DNA of 64,000 nucleotides from the human T2T-CHM13v2.0 reference genome, Homo sapiens: the NCBI RefSeq assembly GCF_009914755.1, contig NC_060933.1; one strand, given 5' to 3'. Positions 27,946-43,118 of the stretch are shown here, piece after piece. The position numbers and the translations under genes are program-made. Below the pieces are notes generated by a model, which was not told the origin of the DNA, did no database searches, and was given only the letters and a program-made list of their open reading frames with translations. How positions within the stretch are numbered: position 1 is the stretch's first letter; every line of letters starts with the position of its first letter.

Positions 27946-29436
27946 GTGCCATGCAGTGTGCTCAGACTTCTCTAAATCTAAAATCTGCTTTCTGTGAGAT
28001 TATCAACACTTTCCTCAGGTGGGCACTGGCCTAAAGGTATCATCCAATCCAGCCTTCTACCTTCAGGAGGTACAGCCTCACAACATGGTTTGATGTTCAT
28101 CTTATTCCTGATGGCCCATAGAGAAGAGAAAGGGCTTTCCTTGAGAACCACTAAGATTTCGTGCAGTCAGGATGTTCTTCTTTTGAATGCCACCTGAGAC
28201 TTGCTTGATGTCCAGGGAGGTAGTTATTGCTAAGGCTGACATGTATGGGTAAAAGTCTCTTGGTGTGCACATTTATTATGTGTTATTGGCATCACCATTT
28301 ACATGTCAGGTATAGATTGAAAAGAAAACCCCTCAGAAATGTCAGGGTGATGTTTCCTTCAAGTGCTCTGGAATACCCTAAATTAAACGGTCCTTAAAGA
28401 GAATGAAATGCAGCTGCTTTATTTTATGAAAAAGGAAATCAAGGCTTGCCCAAGGTCCCACAGCTAGTTAATGGCAGGAAACCAAAAGTATAGACCACAT
28501 CTTCATGCCTCCTCCTGCATATGGTTTTTATGACTGCAAACACCCTCTCCTGTTCCTACATACGTTGATTTATTTTTGGTGGGTTTTGTTTTCCTTTGTT
28601 TTTAACATAGGAACCATTTCCCAGGAAGTCAACTTCCCAAATTCGGCTTCTCATTACTCCGAGAGCAATCACGCTGTAATGTGTGTGAAGGATGGAGAAA
28701 CATTTGGGCCTTTGGGGAACACGCTGGAGAGGTGATAGAGAGGGTGGGCTGTGAGGGTGGGAGTGAAATGTGGGAGAGAGAGTGTGTGCTGGGGAGCAGA
28801 GGGAGCAAGAATGCTGCAGTCAAATGCAGAGATGGAAACAAAGCAGTCGTATTGATTTGAAAAGGCAGTTCACTGAACTGACGCTGCCAGCCTGGCTCTT
28901 CCTGGTCTGCTCTCAGCAGGTCTGTAAAGGCACACACGTACCCTTGGAGGTTCAGAACCATCTACTCTGTATGCAGAGGGTGAATTGTGGGGAATGGGGA
29001 CCAGAAGGGATGTGTTTGCTTGACAGAATGGGAGAGAGAAGAGAAAAAAAAAGAGAAAATATGAGAATGAAAGAGGATAGCTCCCTTTTAGATGAATACA
29101 ATATAAAAGCAACCAGGTGAATGGGTCTAAATGGACAGGCATCTGATTCCACGGAAATGGGATGGGGAAGCCTTTTCTTTAAGAAAAGGATTAATGGGAG
29201 AGAGGGAGAAGGGGCCAACCTCTTCTCCATCTCGATGGTTCCATTTCTAAGCAGATTTCGTCCTCTCTCATCTGACTGGACCAGCCTCCTAATTCAGCTC
29301 CTGAACTCAATCCTCCCCTTTCTAAACCCTTGCCGGAAAGAGATGCTCAATAAATGTTTGATGAGAAAATAAACAGCCCCTAACATTGATTCCATCTTGT
29401 CAATGATGACGAATTTTTAGAGCATCACCACTTCTG

Positions 29437-29760
29437 CAGAGAATGCAAACTCAAAAACCCACAGTCCAGGCAGTAAACACAAAGGAATGACGTGGCCAGG
29501 TGTAGACTTTAAAAAGGGAATACGGTGACAAATCGTAGGCACAGGTCCCAGTCTGGAAGGACAGTAGAGAGCTTCCACGTAGGAATGAGATCTTTAGGCT
29601 GCTGGGTCACTTGTTTCAGGATAAGCCAGGAGGAAATACAGGTATATGAAATCTCTCCTATTTAAAGCATTGACCAATGTTCTCTCTTCCACTCTAGCCC
29701 TGTGAGTGTCAAATACAAGAACATAGCCATGTGTTGACAAGTGCACCTGTTTGTGACTAT
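29437..29760. mobile_element. MER102-like hAT element
   Basis: CAGAG..TGCAAACTCAAA...CCAGGCAGTAA start; ATGAAATCTC...TTTGTGAC end. Confidence 0.55.
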
Positions 29761-30805
29761 AGGCTTACAGGATCAAGTCCAAACATCTTAATTAAAAGCC
29801 CAAGATTCTCCCTTAACTACATCTAACCTAATTCCCTAGTCTTGCTTTTGCTGTCTAACCAGAATTGAACCTGTGACCACAGTCAGTCCAATTTTGACAG
29901 GTTGGGAAACTTACTGCTGTCTTTACAGATACAGAGCAGTTCCTCTGCCTGTTTCTGCCTCTTGGACTTAGTTCAAGTTCCACCTAAGCTCTGCCTCTTC
30001 TAGGAAGTTTTTCCTGATGACATCAGCCCCTTCTCAAATCCTATAGCTTGGAGGGAATATAAGTGTCTTTTGTCCTTCAAAAGATATACCATATTTCCAT
30101 GGTTACTTAGCAGAGTACTACAGTCAGAAGAGTGTTTCACTGGGAACCTAGGATGCCTGGGTTCTAATCCTGGCTCCTCCATATCTCCCCCTGAACTTGC
30201 TGGGCAGGTAGCCTTGGGCAAGTTACTCTCTTCTCTGAGACTCAATTTCCACCACGTTTGAAATAAAGATACTGGCTTAAGTCAGCAGTTTTTAAAGTGG
30301 GCTCAGAGGTAGCTATGATGCAGGGAGGAGTGTTGAGTTGCAGGAGAGGATATCTAGGCCAATGCTGCTGCTTCCTTGAAAAACACCAATCTCCAATCTC
30401 TAAGGCTCTGATTAGTTTCTGGTATTCAGATTATGAGGTTTTTGTTTTTGTTTTTGTTTCTTTTTTTTTTTTGCCTCTGCAATTAGATTGGGCTTTTTTT
30501 TTTTTTTCTTTAAGCCAGCTAAGCTTCATTGACCATGCATCATGCATTACGTCCCAGGCACTGTACTAGATGCTGTTCCTGTTTTTTATATCTCTTGTCT
30601 ACTCTTAACCCCTAACAATGTGCTGGGTACTTGTTGAAAGATGCAGGGAGAAGAACAACAATGATAGGTGTTTTTCCCCTCACGGCCTCTCCCGGGACAC
30701 CTTACTCTGGCAGTCACTTCCGGTTTCTGGAATTCAATCTTCTCTCCATAAGTGGAGAAGACTGAAATAGAAGGAATCTTTCAGATCAAAAAACAGGCGG
30801 GGTGG

Positions 30806-31135
30806 GGGCGGGCGCGGTGGCTCACGCCTGTAATCCCAGCACTTTGGGAGGCCGAGGCGGGCGGATCACGAGGTCAGAAGATCGAGACCATCCTGGCTAA
30901 CATGGTGAAACCCCATCTCTACTAAAAATACAAAAAAAAAAAAAAAAAGAAGAAGAAGAAATTAGCCGGGCGTGGTGGCGGGCGCCTGTACTCCGGAGGC
31001 TGAGGCAAGAGAATGGTGCGAACCCAGGAGGCGGAGCTTGCAGTGAGCCGAGATCACACCACCGCACTCCAGCCCTGGCGACACAGGGAGACTCCGTCTC
31101 AAAAAAAACAAAAAACAAAAAAAAACAACAACAAA
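30806..31135 (+). mobile_element. AluY with expanded A/GAA middle linker and 10-nt deletion
   Basis: GGATCACGAGGTC..GATCGAGACCATCCTGGCTAAC and GGCGGAGCTTGCAG diagnostics. Confidence 0.93.
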
Positions 31136-31320
31136 AACACAGGGGGGTGGGGAGAAAGAAGGAAGGAAGAAAAGAAGAGAGGGAGAAAGAGAGGAGGACA
31201 GTGAAAGGAAGATGAAATAAGAGAAGGAAAAATGAGGCACTAAATGAGAGGGGAAGATAAAACCTTAGCCTCTCTTTTCACCTGGACTGCTGCTCCTACT
31301 AATCCTGTTTTCTTCTAGAC

Positions 31321-31543
31321 CAAGAGTAGAATAGGTTTTCTATAAAAATCCAGGTAGTAAATATTTTAGGCTTTATGGGCCACAGTGTCTCTATCTCAAT
31401 TACTCAGCTCTATCACTGTAGCCAGAAAGTAGCCATGGACAATCAATAAACAAATGAGCATGGCTGTGTTCCAGTGAAACTTCATTTGCAAAGACTGGGA
31501 GCGGGCCAGATTTGGCCCACAGATCGCAGTTTGCCAACTTCTG
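31321..31543 (+). mobile_element. MER58A (hAT-Charlie)
   Basis: GTAAATATTTTAGGCTTT.TGGGCCA...GGGCCAGATTTGGCCC...TTTGCCAACTTCTG; ctagac on both flanks. Confidence 0.85.
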
Positions 31544-33631
31544 AGCTAGACATTAATATGCTTTCTTTTCTCCCTACAGAACTTAACAACTACTTCGTGT
31601 TATATATTTCATTTGATTATTTATTATTAGTCTTCTCAACTGGAATATCAGCATCAAGAGGTCAGGTCAAAACTTTTATCTGTTTGGGTCAACCGTATAT
31701 CATCAATTCCTAGAACAATGCCTAGCACATAGTGTAAGCTCAATACATACCTTTGGAATGAATGCATGAATATGAATGCAAATCTTTGGATATGAATGAA
31801 TACATATCTTTGGAATAAATGGATTTCATCACTTATCCCCTAGCAAGTGCCAGGCACTGCACTTTGCTGTCTTTTTAATTTTCTACAGGAATTATTTCTT
31901 CTATTTTACAGATGAGGAAACAAGCTCAGAGAGGTTAAGTGATTCACCCACCGTCACACAACTCACTCATTATTTTAAAAGAAAGGATTCAAATCTAAGG
32001 CTCTCCCACTACAGCACAGCAAATGTAACTTTCTTTGCAACCTCCTCCTTTAGAATGTAGGCCATTCTACATGGCCCCAAAATCCTGGGTGGGTTCTGGC
32101 TCCCCAGTGAGTTCTCATGAACAGTCTTGTTCCACTATTAGGCTACACTCACCCACATGGACAGGGTTTGTCTGCCCAGCTGCTCCCACACTCATTCCCT
32201 CTCCCTGCCCCTCCCCAAGCTCCCCCTGTGTTTCAGTAAGAATTCACCTTCCCAAGCCACTGTTTCAGGAATAACCTCAGCTTCCATCTAGAGGAGGATC
32301 CATGAGCTGTTCTTCCTCTCCAGAGTTGACACCTAAAATGATTTTACTTATTTATTTAGAATTCATACCCCACCTACCCCCAAGGCACAGTTAAGGTGAT
32401 ATTACAAAGTTAAATAAGATATAAATCAGGACAATTAAAAATAAAAATGGAACAAAGAATAGTTAAAATGAGTGAAGGAACAGATATTACCAGGCACCTG
32501 GGATGAGCTAATTGATCTGGATTTAGATCTGAGGTTCCCGGCAGCTGAAGTAAAGTTAAGTTAATTGGCCCCCAAGGGGCTAAAATCCATGAGTAGAGTC
32601 TCATTAGCATCATATTCCAACCTCTGAGGGAAAAAAAAAAGGCTGAGACAAGAGGTGTGACAGTGAGTCCCACCCCCAGGATGCAGGGACAGATCCAGGA
32701 GCTGCCCCATCCAAGAACCTCCTCTTCCCCAGTCCAGCTAATCTTCAATGTATCATAACTGCTGAAAAAGGGTACAGGATTTGGAGACAATCCCATTCTA
32801 TATAGGGCTCAGAAGTCGTAGGACTCAATTGAGTCACTGATACTCTCCAAACCTCATTTTCTGATGTGTAAAGTAAGACCCTAACTCATTTTTACGTCAT
32901 TGAGTTGTTGGGAGACGAGAAATAAAAAATGCCAAATGCCCAACCTATGATGGGGAGAGTAAACTTGTGATTCATGTTCATTCCTCCTAAAGAACTGTCA
33001 CAAGGCAAATCTTCCTTAGACACAGCTTTTTAAATGTATCAGTCCTTAAGAGAACAAAGGAGGGGCAAGTAGGTAAGAATCGTATGAAGGTCCACAGAGT
33101 AGGGAGCTAGTGAACATTAACAGCAAAAGGATAAGAATGAAAAGGCTCGAAGAGGGAGACATGACCCTGGACACAAATGTCCAGCACTGGGTATTTTATC
33201 AGCTCCAATCCCTGGCTCTCTTCTAAGGGTTAAGATAGCCAAGCACAGCAACGGCTCTCTTTGGACTTCCTTCTTCCATATCACAGTCTAGACTCATGCC
33301 TTTCACTTCATCTCTCAACAAGTCTACTACTGTCAAACTGGATCTCTAAGTACATGGAGGCCCCTAAAGGATTATTAAAGTTAAGGAATGCAAAAGTTGG
33401 GAAGACACCACAGATCCCCACATCCAGCATTTCAGAAAAATGACAGCTGCCTACACTGGCCACAGCAGGCATGGCTTTAAATGGAGACTCGATTTTTCAT
33501 AACGTAACTTTAACCCACATAATGAGAAAGAAAAATCCCTTTCCAGTTCTCTCTTAATCCTGATTATATCAAGGAAAAATGTTCATTTGGGTGTCACGAT
33601 GTCTTGAGCTTTTCTCTAACATTTGTAAATA

Positions 33632-34284
<653 letters not shown>

Positions 34285-37200
34285 TGTATTATTTTTTAAC
34301 ACAAAGAAGTCAGTTATAAAGATCAGAGACTTGGATAGGCAAGAATATAGCCAAATATGCATGCTAGAATATAAACAAAAATGGTTGTATTGTTTTTTGG
34401 TTTTCACTATATTTACTCATACAGTTACCCTCTATGTAGTGTAAATAATACTTTTTTCAGTTGTAATGATATGAAATTTCCTATGGAAATATGTGAATTT
34501 AAGAAGTGGACTGATTCAAAGAGAAATATTAAGTAGTGCAGATGGATTGAAAAGACAATAGAAACTGTTAAAGTGGTGCCTGAAAGACTAACATTTCCGA
34601 AACATTGATCTAATCCAATTCCTTTGTTTCACAGACAAAGAAACAGAGACACAAAGAAGGGAAATGGCCTGCAAAAAGTGTCATATAAGAACAAGAAATT
34701 TTGAGCCAGATTAGCCTGAGTTTTCATCCCAAACCTGCCAAATACAACAATTACCTTCTGACTATTACCTCATCTGCCTAAGCCTCCATTTATGTCTCCA
34801 CAAAATGGGAGCCTTCAAGCATTTGCATCATCACCTGGCAGACCTCTAGACACCGTATGCCTGGTCTTGGATATATAAGACCTGTAAGACTACCCCGTGA
34901 ATGAGAGGCGATTTGTGAGCAAAATCAACTCAATGGCATTTGTGATGGCCAGATATTACTTTCATCCCTGTTCTTAAGACATAATTACTATTTCAAAACT
35001 GCCCCAAACTGTCCTTACACTTGTGCTGGAAAATCCATGCAGAGCATCAAGCAAGCAATATGCTAGAGAAGTTAAGCACAGGCTCTGGAACTGAGGCATC
35101 CCCCAGTTCAAATCCTAGGTGTTCTATTATAATATTAAAGAACTGTTCAACCTTGGCAAGTTGCTTTATTTCTCTTTGCCTCAGTTTATAGATTTATAAA
35201 ATAGAGATGAGTATAATACATTGGGCGGATGCCTGGGTCAAATCAAGTAACACATGTAAAGCCGTTAGCAGAGTGCCTGCAACATAGGAAGCATGCACTA
35301 TAATGCTTCCATTATTATTAGAACATAGTGTCAAGCTGAGCTTCCTCCAGGTCATTCAGCAGAATGGTGCTTTGGCTGCTGTGCTGTGTCCAAGATGTGA
35401 CCCACCAGGTGTGACGGGAGAAGGACCCACAGCTGTATAAAGTGCAGATGCAAACAGATTGCTCCGCACTGCCTACGGGGAATGAGATATGGAGTCAGTG
35501 AAGGGTGAATTTTAGAAGAACAACCGATTAAAAACACATCAGTAAGAGAAAGCGGGTTATATGGGTCACGTTCTTCAAGTCATAAACCTTGAACTTAACA
35601 ACTGCTCCATTCCCCGCCTGGCACCATGCAACACTTCTCCCCCGCTCACCTCTTGAATTTACTACTTTCACTACACTTACATTTCACTTTATGAATCTGG
35701 CTTCTTCAACGTGTTTGCTCCTCCTGCACGGCACCAATACCCTGTTTGAAAGCCATTCCTGCCTCCCAAAGGAGTTCTTGTATCTAGAAGCCCATCTTTC
35801 TACATTTAATACCTTCTTCCTCATTCTTTATCTCCATCTCTGTAGGGTGTTTCCTAATCAGGTCAGTAAATCATTCCTCCCTCACTCAGTCCCCAATAAG
35901 TAAGTGATCCTTGACAGATACTGAAATTTGAGATGCACTATCTGCCTGAGGCTGTGCTATACAGAGGAAGTATAATGTATAATGTCCCTCTCCCACCTCA
36001 ACTCCTTGGTTGACCCCAACCCACCTACTCAGATTTCATTGCGCCACTCAACAATATATGATTGTTCAGACCTCCACGTGTTTACATATGTTGTTCTCAA
36101 GGCCTGAAATGCTCTTCCCCAACATGTCCTCCTAATGTTCTCTTACTAGACCTAATATACCCAATCTACACCTTTCCCTCCTCTGTCTCAATCGCTTCCC
36201 CATCCTCAATCACAACCCTTTTAGTTGCTCCTTCCTCCAGAGCCCCTACAGCATGTTGGGGAGATGGTACAGATGGAGAGAAGCTCAGGGGAGGAAGCGG
36301 GAGTCAGAGGAGCTCAGTCTGTTTCCCACTCTGCTGTGATTCTTTTTGTTTCCCTAAGTAATTGGTTTAACATCTCTTAATCTGTTTCTTGATTGGTAAA
36401 ATCTGGATAATAACTACATGCTACCTACTTCAGAAGGCAGCAGGGAGAATTATTTGGGACAGTGCATATAAAATGTTTTATTGCAGTGGTAAATGCTCAA
36501 TAAATATACATTATTATTATTTTGGAAAATACATATAAATACATATGTATAAACACACACACATAGTCTAGCACTCTCATGCTATATTCAGTTTGGCTAA
36601 TATTACTCTTTCTCCTGCACTGTAAGCTCCTTAAAAGTAAAGGTCATACTGTCTTGCTCACTTTTATGTTACCAGAATTTAGAACACAATAGGTGGACAA
36701 CACATTTATCAACTGATTAAACTCCTCTGGAGCAGGAACAGATCTACTTTCTCATTTTAACCACAGCCTCTAGTACAAGGAACAGCCCTTCCATACAAGT
36801 TCACTGCATGAACAGATGAAAATGTGGGTGGATGGATGGATTTCCAAGATGCTCTAGTTAAAATGCTTACCTGATACCCAGTGCTGAGGTTATGAACCTA
36901 CCTCCACTTCCCAGTTTCTGACACCACACATTCAATCTCAAATGCCACAGCCACCACCTAAATATGCAAATAGCTTTGTTCCACTGAAAGAAGTACTCAA
37001 TCAGATTATCCATTGACCATCCTCTGCTCATGCCTGATATCTTTTTTAACGTAGCCCCTGCAGTGGCTTACAAAAACCCCATAAGCACATAAAAAAATAG
37101 AGCCCCAGACTTCTTGCCCTGTTCCCAACATGATCAGTTCTCTCCCATAACTTTAATGCTCCAGTACTTATTTCTTCTCTGCACGAAGACAAATAAAAGA

Positions 37201-40018
37201 CATTGTTGACAAACTTCTGAAAATCAGCAAGAATGCATGTAACATCTTGAATGCAGGTAGCATCCAGATGGCAGCCTAATCTCTGGGAACAAGTGAAATC
37301 GAGAGAGCCGGAAGCACCCAAAACCCCTGTCTCATTGAATATTCACATACACATTTGATTCCACCCATGTTGTGTAGAAACACTTTCCAGATTGATCCTG
37401 TCTTAAGTATATTTGATAACAATTCCAGACCCTGAACAACATCATTCTAACAATTTTTGTTCTCTTAACTCCATGTTAGACTTTAGTTTCATCTTTTCAT
37501 CAACTCCCTTGTGATAAGAAGGTCTTCATCATGGTAACAAATTTCTTGGGAGAAAAAAAAATTCTATTTCTGGATGTCTCTATGGAAAAGAATGCTCTAT
37601 TAGCTGTAATAGTTTCAATCTCTTCCATCCCAAAAGAAATGATTGATCTCACTAATTCCTCAAAGAACATTTCAGAAAGAGGAAAATAAGTGGCTCCAAA
37701 TATTTTCCACAGGTGATTTCACCTCTTTGCTACCCCATCTTACTGTCTGTTTCATAGCAATACCCTACTCATCCTTTAAGGTTCCATTTCATGGCAGCTT
37801 TTTCAACTTCTCCATCCCATGCACGTTAGCCATCTCTAAAGTTGTACCATTAGTTCTAATTAGGTTTATACTAGAAGGTTAAGTGACTCTTCCAAGTTTA
37901 CTCAACTAGTAAGTAGCAGAGCAGAAACTTGCACCCAAGTCTTCTGAACCAAATCAACGTGGACTCCCTACTACACCATTTCCGATGTGTAAGCTTTGAT
38001 GATGAGAGTTAACAACCACTGAGCACATACCATGTGTCAAGCACTGCTCTAAGATCTTTAAATTCACAGCAACTCTATGAGGTGGTTTTTTTTGTTTTGT
38101 TTTGTTTTTTTAATCACACCTACTTTACAGACAGGGTAAATGAGGCACTATATTGCTAAGTGACCTGTTTGAGATTGCACAGCTAGTTAGAGGGGAAGCC
38201 TGAGCTCACACCCAGGCAGTCTAGTTCCAGAACCTGACCTCTTAACCACAAAGCATACTCAACTCTGATGCCTTGACGGTAGGATTTATATCACATTAAA
38301 TGTACTTATTAAGTGCATGCATCAAACAGTGCATCAAACAGGCCAGAATATAAAAAAGGTACTCTATGTTTTTGATTGCCTGGAGACTCATTTACCTACA
38401 TATTTAATGATGACCTACTATGGGCAAGACATTACCAAGATATTACAGAAGATAATAAATTAAAGATATAATAGTAGTCTGTACTCAAATGTGAAATATG
38501 AAACAGACTTACTCTGTTTGATCCATAACATCAACATCAGCCTTTTTGACCCCATGGCCAAATCAAATTTGTAAAACCAATTTTTTGGACCAATGTGAAA
38601 TTATCAACATTTTCTAGTTCTAGGAAAGGTTATTTAACAAAACAGACACTGCAATCACCGTTACCAGAATTTTGTAAGGGAAAGGACATTTTAACCACCA
38701 ACAAGAAACAGTCAGGGCATAACATCAAAATAAAATATTACTCTTCAAATTTTGACACCAAATTTTAGACCAGCACTTAAGAGCCATCAGCCTGCCAGAG
38801 TTGGCCAAAGGTGGATGACACAGAAAGGTACGTACATGAAAAAAAAACAATTCCAACAGGCAGAGATTGTAACAATAGAATCGCAAGATAGAATTGAGGG
38901 GTTCTGACAGTGACATTCACAAAATTAAGAAAGAGAATGAAAATCTCAAAGGCATTTCAGACCACAGAGCTTGTGATTCTATGGTGTTTCCTTCAAGGAA
39001 CTTAAAATGCTACCAAAACATACTTAGAAAAGGAATAAAGTAAAGGCTTTGGGTTGTTTTATGGCCTTTTCACGTTGGGGTTCTGCCTGTGGTGGATTGT
39101 CAAGAAAGGCAGCTTCCATGACATTAATCGGACATGTTAGGTGTCTCTACAGAGTTCACTAGACCCAATGTGGAGGTTGTTAACTAGCAAGAGCCAGAAG
39201 GCCCAACTCCTTCACAGATTCCTACCTCTTCTTCAGGTACAGCAGAAAGTTGCCCACATAGACTTACTTCTTGGAAGCTCTCCCTCTTGCCCCAAAATAT
39301 CAATCACCTTGAAAAGGCTTGGAATTAATGCCTGCAATCCTGCCAGCAGAGTGACTCCGTTTTTACAGTTCCAAGAGATTTTTTTACCCTCAAGAATAAT
39401 TGCAATCTGCTACTTGCACAGCCCCTCCCTTTACTAGCTCCTTCTCCAAGCTATCCAGGTATTCCTGAAATGCCAATGTGGGCAATGAGGAGATTAAGAG
39501 CAGAGACTTTAAGCAGACAGACTTGCCTTTGGCTCAAGCTATGGGGCCCACTGTCTATGCGGGCAAGTCACAGAAACCCTTTTAACCTCAGTTCCCACAC
39601 CAGTTAAATCATACCTCTTTCACAGGATCTTACTTTCTTTGTGCTTTCAATGAAATGATGAATATAAACCATGAACACCGTGTCCTGCACATACTGTTTG
39701 GTTAAAAGGTAGCTATCATTATTATTATTGGACATTATTATTATTATTGAAATCAATCAAACCTTGATTTCACCTTGATCAATGGCTTCCTCCCACCTCT
39801 AAATGTAAACAATTATCTGTTGTTACTTCACCCTGTTATTCCCCACATCTCACTGTCCACCCGCTTCCCAACATCTCTGCCTCTGCTTCCTAGTTTCCCT
39901 GCAAATATTTTCTGCAAGCCCCAATCTGTTTTACCCCATGGCCACTTTCTCCCAAGCTGTTCCTTCTGCCTATAATGCTCTCCCGACCCCATTACCATTC
40001 CCAAACCTAATAAACCTT

Positions 40019-40841
40019 TTATTTTTTTTAAGACATTTTTAAGGACACTTTTTGGTTCACAGCAAAATAAAACACAGAGCTATCCCATATACATTTATCC
40101 AGTCATATGCATAGCATCCCCCATTATCAACATGCCCTATTAGAAATGTACATTTACTACAATCCATGAACCTACACCGATGTATCATTATCACCCAAAG
40201 TCCATAGTTTACATTAGGGGTCACCCTTTGTGTTGTACATTTTATGGGTTTGGACAAATGGATAATGACATGTATTTACCATTATAGCATCATACAGAAT
40301 ACATACACCACCCTAAAAATCCTCCATGTTCCATCTACTTATCTCCCCTGCCCCATTCTCCCTTGATAACTACTGATCTTATCAGTATCTCCATAGTTTT
40401 GCCTTTTCTAGCATATGTTGGAATTATACAATATACATCCTTTTCAGATTTACTTCTTTCACTTAGCAATATGCATTTAAGTTTCCTCCATGTTTTCTCA
40501 TGGCTTGATAGCTCATTTCTTCTTAGCTCTGAATAATATCCCCTTGTCTAGATATCACAGTTTATCAGTTTACCTATTGAAGGATATCTTAGTTGCTTCC
40601 GAGTTTTGGCAATTATGAATAAAGCTGCTATAAACATCTGTGTGCAGGTATTTGTGTGGACATCAGTTTTCAACATCTTTGGTAAATGTCAAGGACCCTG
40701 ATTGCTGGATTCTATGGTAAGAGTATGTTTAGTTTTGTAGCTGTCGCTGTACCATTTTGCATCCCCACTAGCAATCAGTGAGAATTGCTGTTGCTTCTTA
40801 TTTTTGTCAGCATTTGGCTTGGTCACTGTTCTCGATTTGGG
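40019..40841 (-). mobile_element. L1MC1-like 3' end
   Basis: CACCCAAAGTCCATAGTTTACATTAGGG...GGGTTTGGACAAATG; TTGGCAATTATGAATAAAGCTGCTATAAACAT. Confidence 0.85.
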
Positions 40842-43118
40842 AAACTTTTATTCTTTAATATTCACTTCAAGGTCATTCTCTCTTTGAAGAATCTCCTGAT
40901 CCCATAGGAAGAGGAAACAACAGCCTATTTATGACCCTAGGTCAACACTTACTATGGTGTCATATGTGTGGGCTTTTGGAGGATTTGGACTTTGCCTTAT
41001 TCATTTCGGTATCACGCACAGTGAAGCCAGGCCTGGTGCATAGCATTCATCCAGCAAATGACCCATTAATAAATAAATAAGCAAACAAATCAAATCACTG
41101 ACAAGTGAATGCTCTGGCCGGGTATGTGTGGTGTAAATGTAGCATTTCACAATTTGCAAAGCATTTGTGCTTCAATTAAACCATTTGATCCTGACAACCT
41201 CCTGGGGCTTTTACAGGAAATCCAGGCTCAGAGAGTTTGAGTTATTTGCCAGGTTGAAACATGGCAAAGAAAAGACTTGAACCCAAGTCTTCCAAGGCCC
41301 CTCTCACACAAAAATATAGTCCTTATGAATTAAAACTAAGGACAGTTTATTAGAAAAACCCCCGCGTAAGAGCTTGCTAAGGATAGGGGACAGGCAAAAA
41401 TTAAGAACAAAATTGTTGGTTCCATTGTAAGGGAGAGTGTAAAAACCAAAATGTGTGGTGCCTGGAGTCCTCCTAGATACACACAGGGGAACACAATTGC
41501 ACTGGCTGCTTATATGGGACAACTGTTAGTGTGAAGAAACAATTATCAAAAACATACTGGAAACAGATTTTACCAGTCTCCTGATTTCACCAATGGCCAG
41601 CCCCATTCCCTGCACTGCATTCCTTGCTACAACTTAAGTTTCAGCTCTTGGAGAGAAGCCGAGAGATTTCTGCAAATGTTTTCTCTTCAGCAGATGGAGC
41701 AGAAACCGAGAAGCGTTACAAGGAAGATGGATTGGTGCGGTACACTTGTAACAATAAAAATACAGCAACGGTTAAAAGCCGTCTCAGTTAAATAGAACTG
41801 GGAACCCGGGGTTGGCCTAAATCTTTTTTTAATTAAAAGTGAAGGAGAATTTCAAAGTTCTATTTCAGCCCCTCAAAGCATCAGTGCAGTGAATGTGGAA
41901 TGTTTTTGTGCTTCGCTGGGTGTCAGACTGCTTAAGATTTATGTGGGTTCGGGTTGCAGTCAGCGAAAAGCCCCCAGCAGGGGGATCTGTGGAGGGGAAG
42001 TGCAGAGGGGAAAACACGTAGGCAGGAAAACCTGGATTCAGATCCGAGCTCTGTTCCTATGTGACACTGAGAAAATTATTTTCCTCTTCCTTCGTATTTC
42101 TCTACTCTCAGTTCCTCATTTCTTTCTCCTTCTTAAGCTTCTGTATCATGAACACTCTCCAGCATTTGCTTCCTTTTTCTCCCTCTTCTTCCATCTTTGA
42201 AGTCTGCTTTAAGATCTAGATGCACAGTTCACAAACTGCAGTTTCAGGATCACTCAAAACGGACATGTTTGGGTGCTCTTTAGATGATTTTGGATCCTGA
42301 CCATGGACTTAGTGAGTAAGGTTCCAGGACTTTGAAGGCTGGAATCCTGCCTGTCAATCAACATCCAACGTGTGGTGGGGACACACACCAGCATCTGGGA
42401 ACAACTGCTCTGGATGAAGGCTGCCAGAGCAGAGGATCTTAGTCTGAGATGCTTTTTAGAACAGGGGAACTTTAACAAAACACTCAAGTCAGAGCCCTAC
42501 CCGAGAAAATCTGACTTATTGGGTCTGGACAGGGCCTAGATGTACTTACTTTTAAAACAAGCTCTTGAGGGTTAATAACTTATGGTATACAATTACTGGA
42601 AAACACACAGCCACGTCAGTAACACGGATGAATTTATACTAAGTTGCCGCTCTCTATCTCTTGGGTGCTTTCTCCTACAGCTCATACAGTTCACATTCCC
42701 CTGGTCCCTAAGATCAGCCACATGGGTTTGCTTTGCTGGATGACTCAGGTATCAGCTGGTGCATATATATTTATGACATGCACATTCATATAATATAAAG
42801 ATATATCTCTCCACATGTATTAAGAAATACACATTAAAAAAAAAGATTGCACACACACTCGCACGTCCATGAACATGTGCACACACACATCCCTACTCTC
42901 ACACATCAGCACATTCAAAACACATAAACTCCATTTCAAGTACTAGCCCTGGCCGGCTCAATTCTAACAGTGTTAGTTGACACATCTTCAAAATAAAAAC
43001 TGTAATACCTGCTTCATGGTTGTGAAATCAAATATATATAAAAATGTACCTGCTTCATTATCAGAAACATAGTAGATGTTCAACAAATGTATGTCAAAAA
43101 CCACAAGTGTATTTATGT

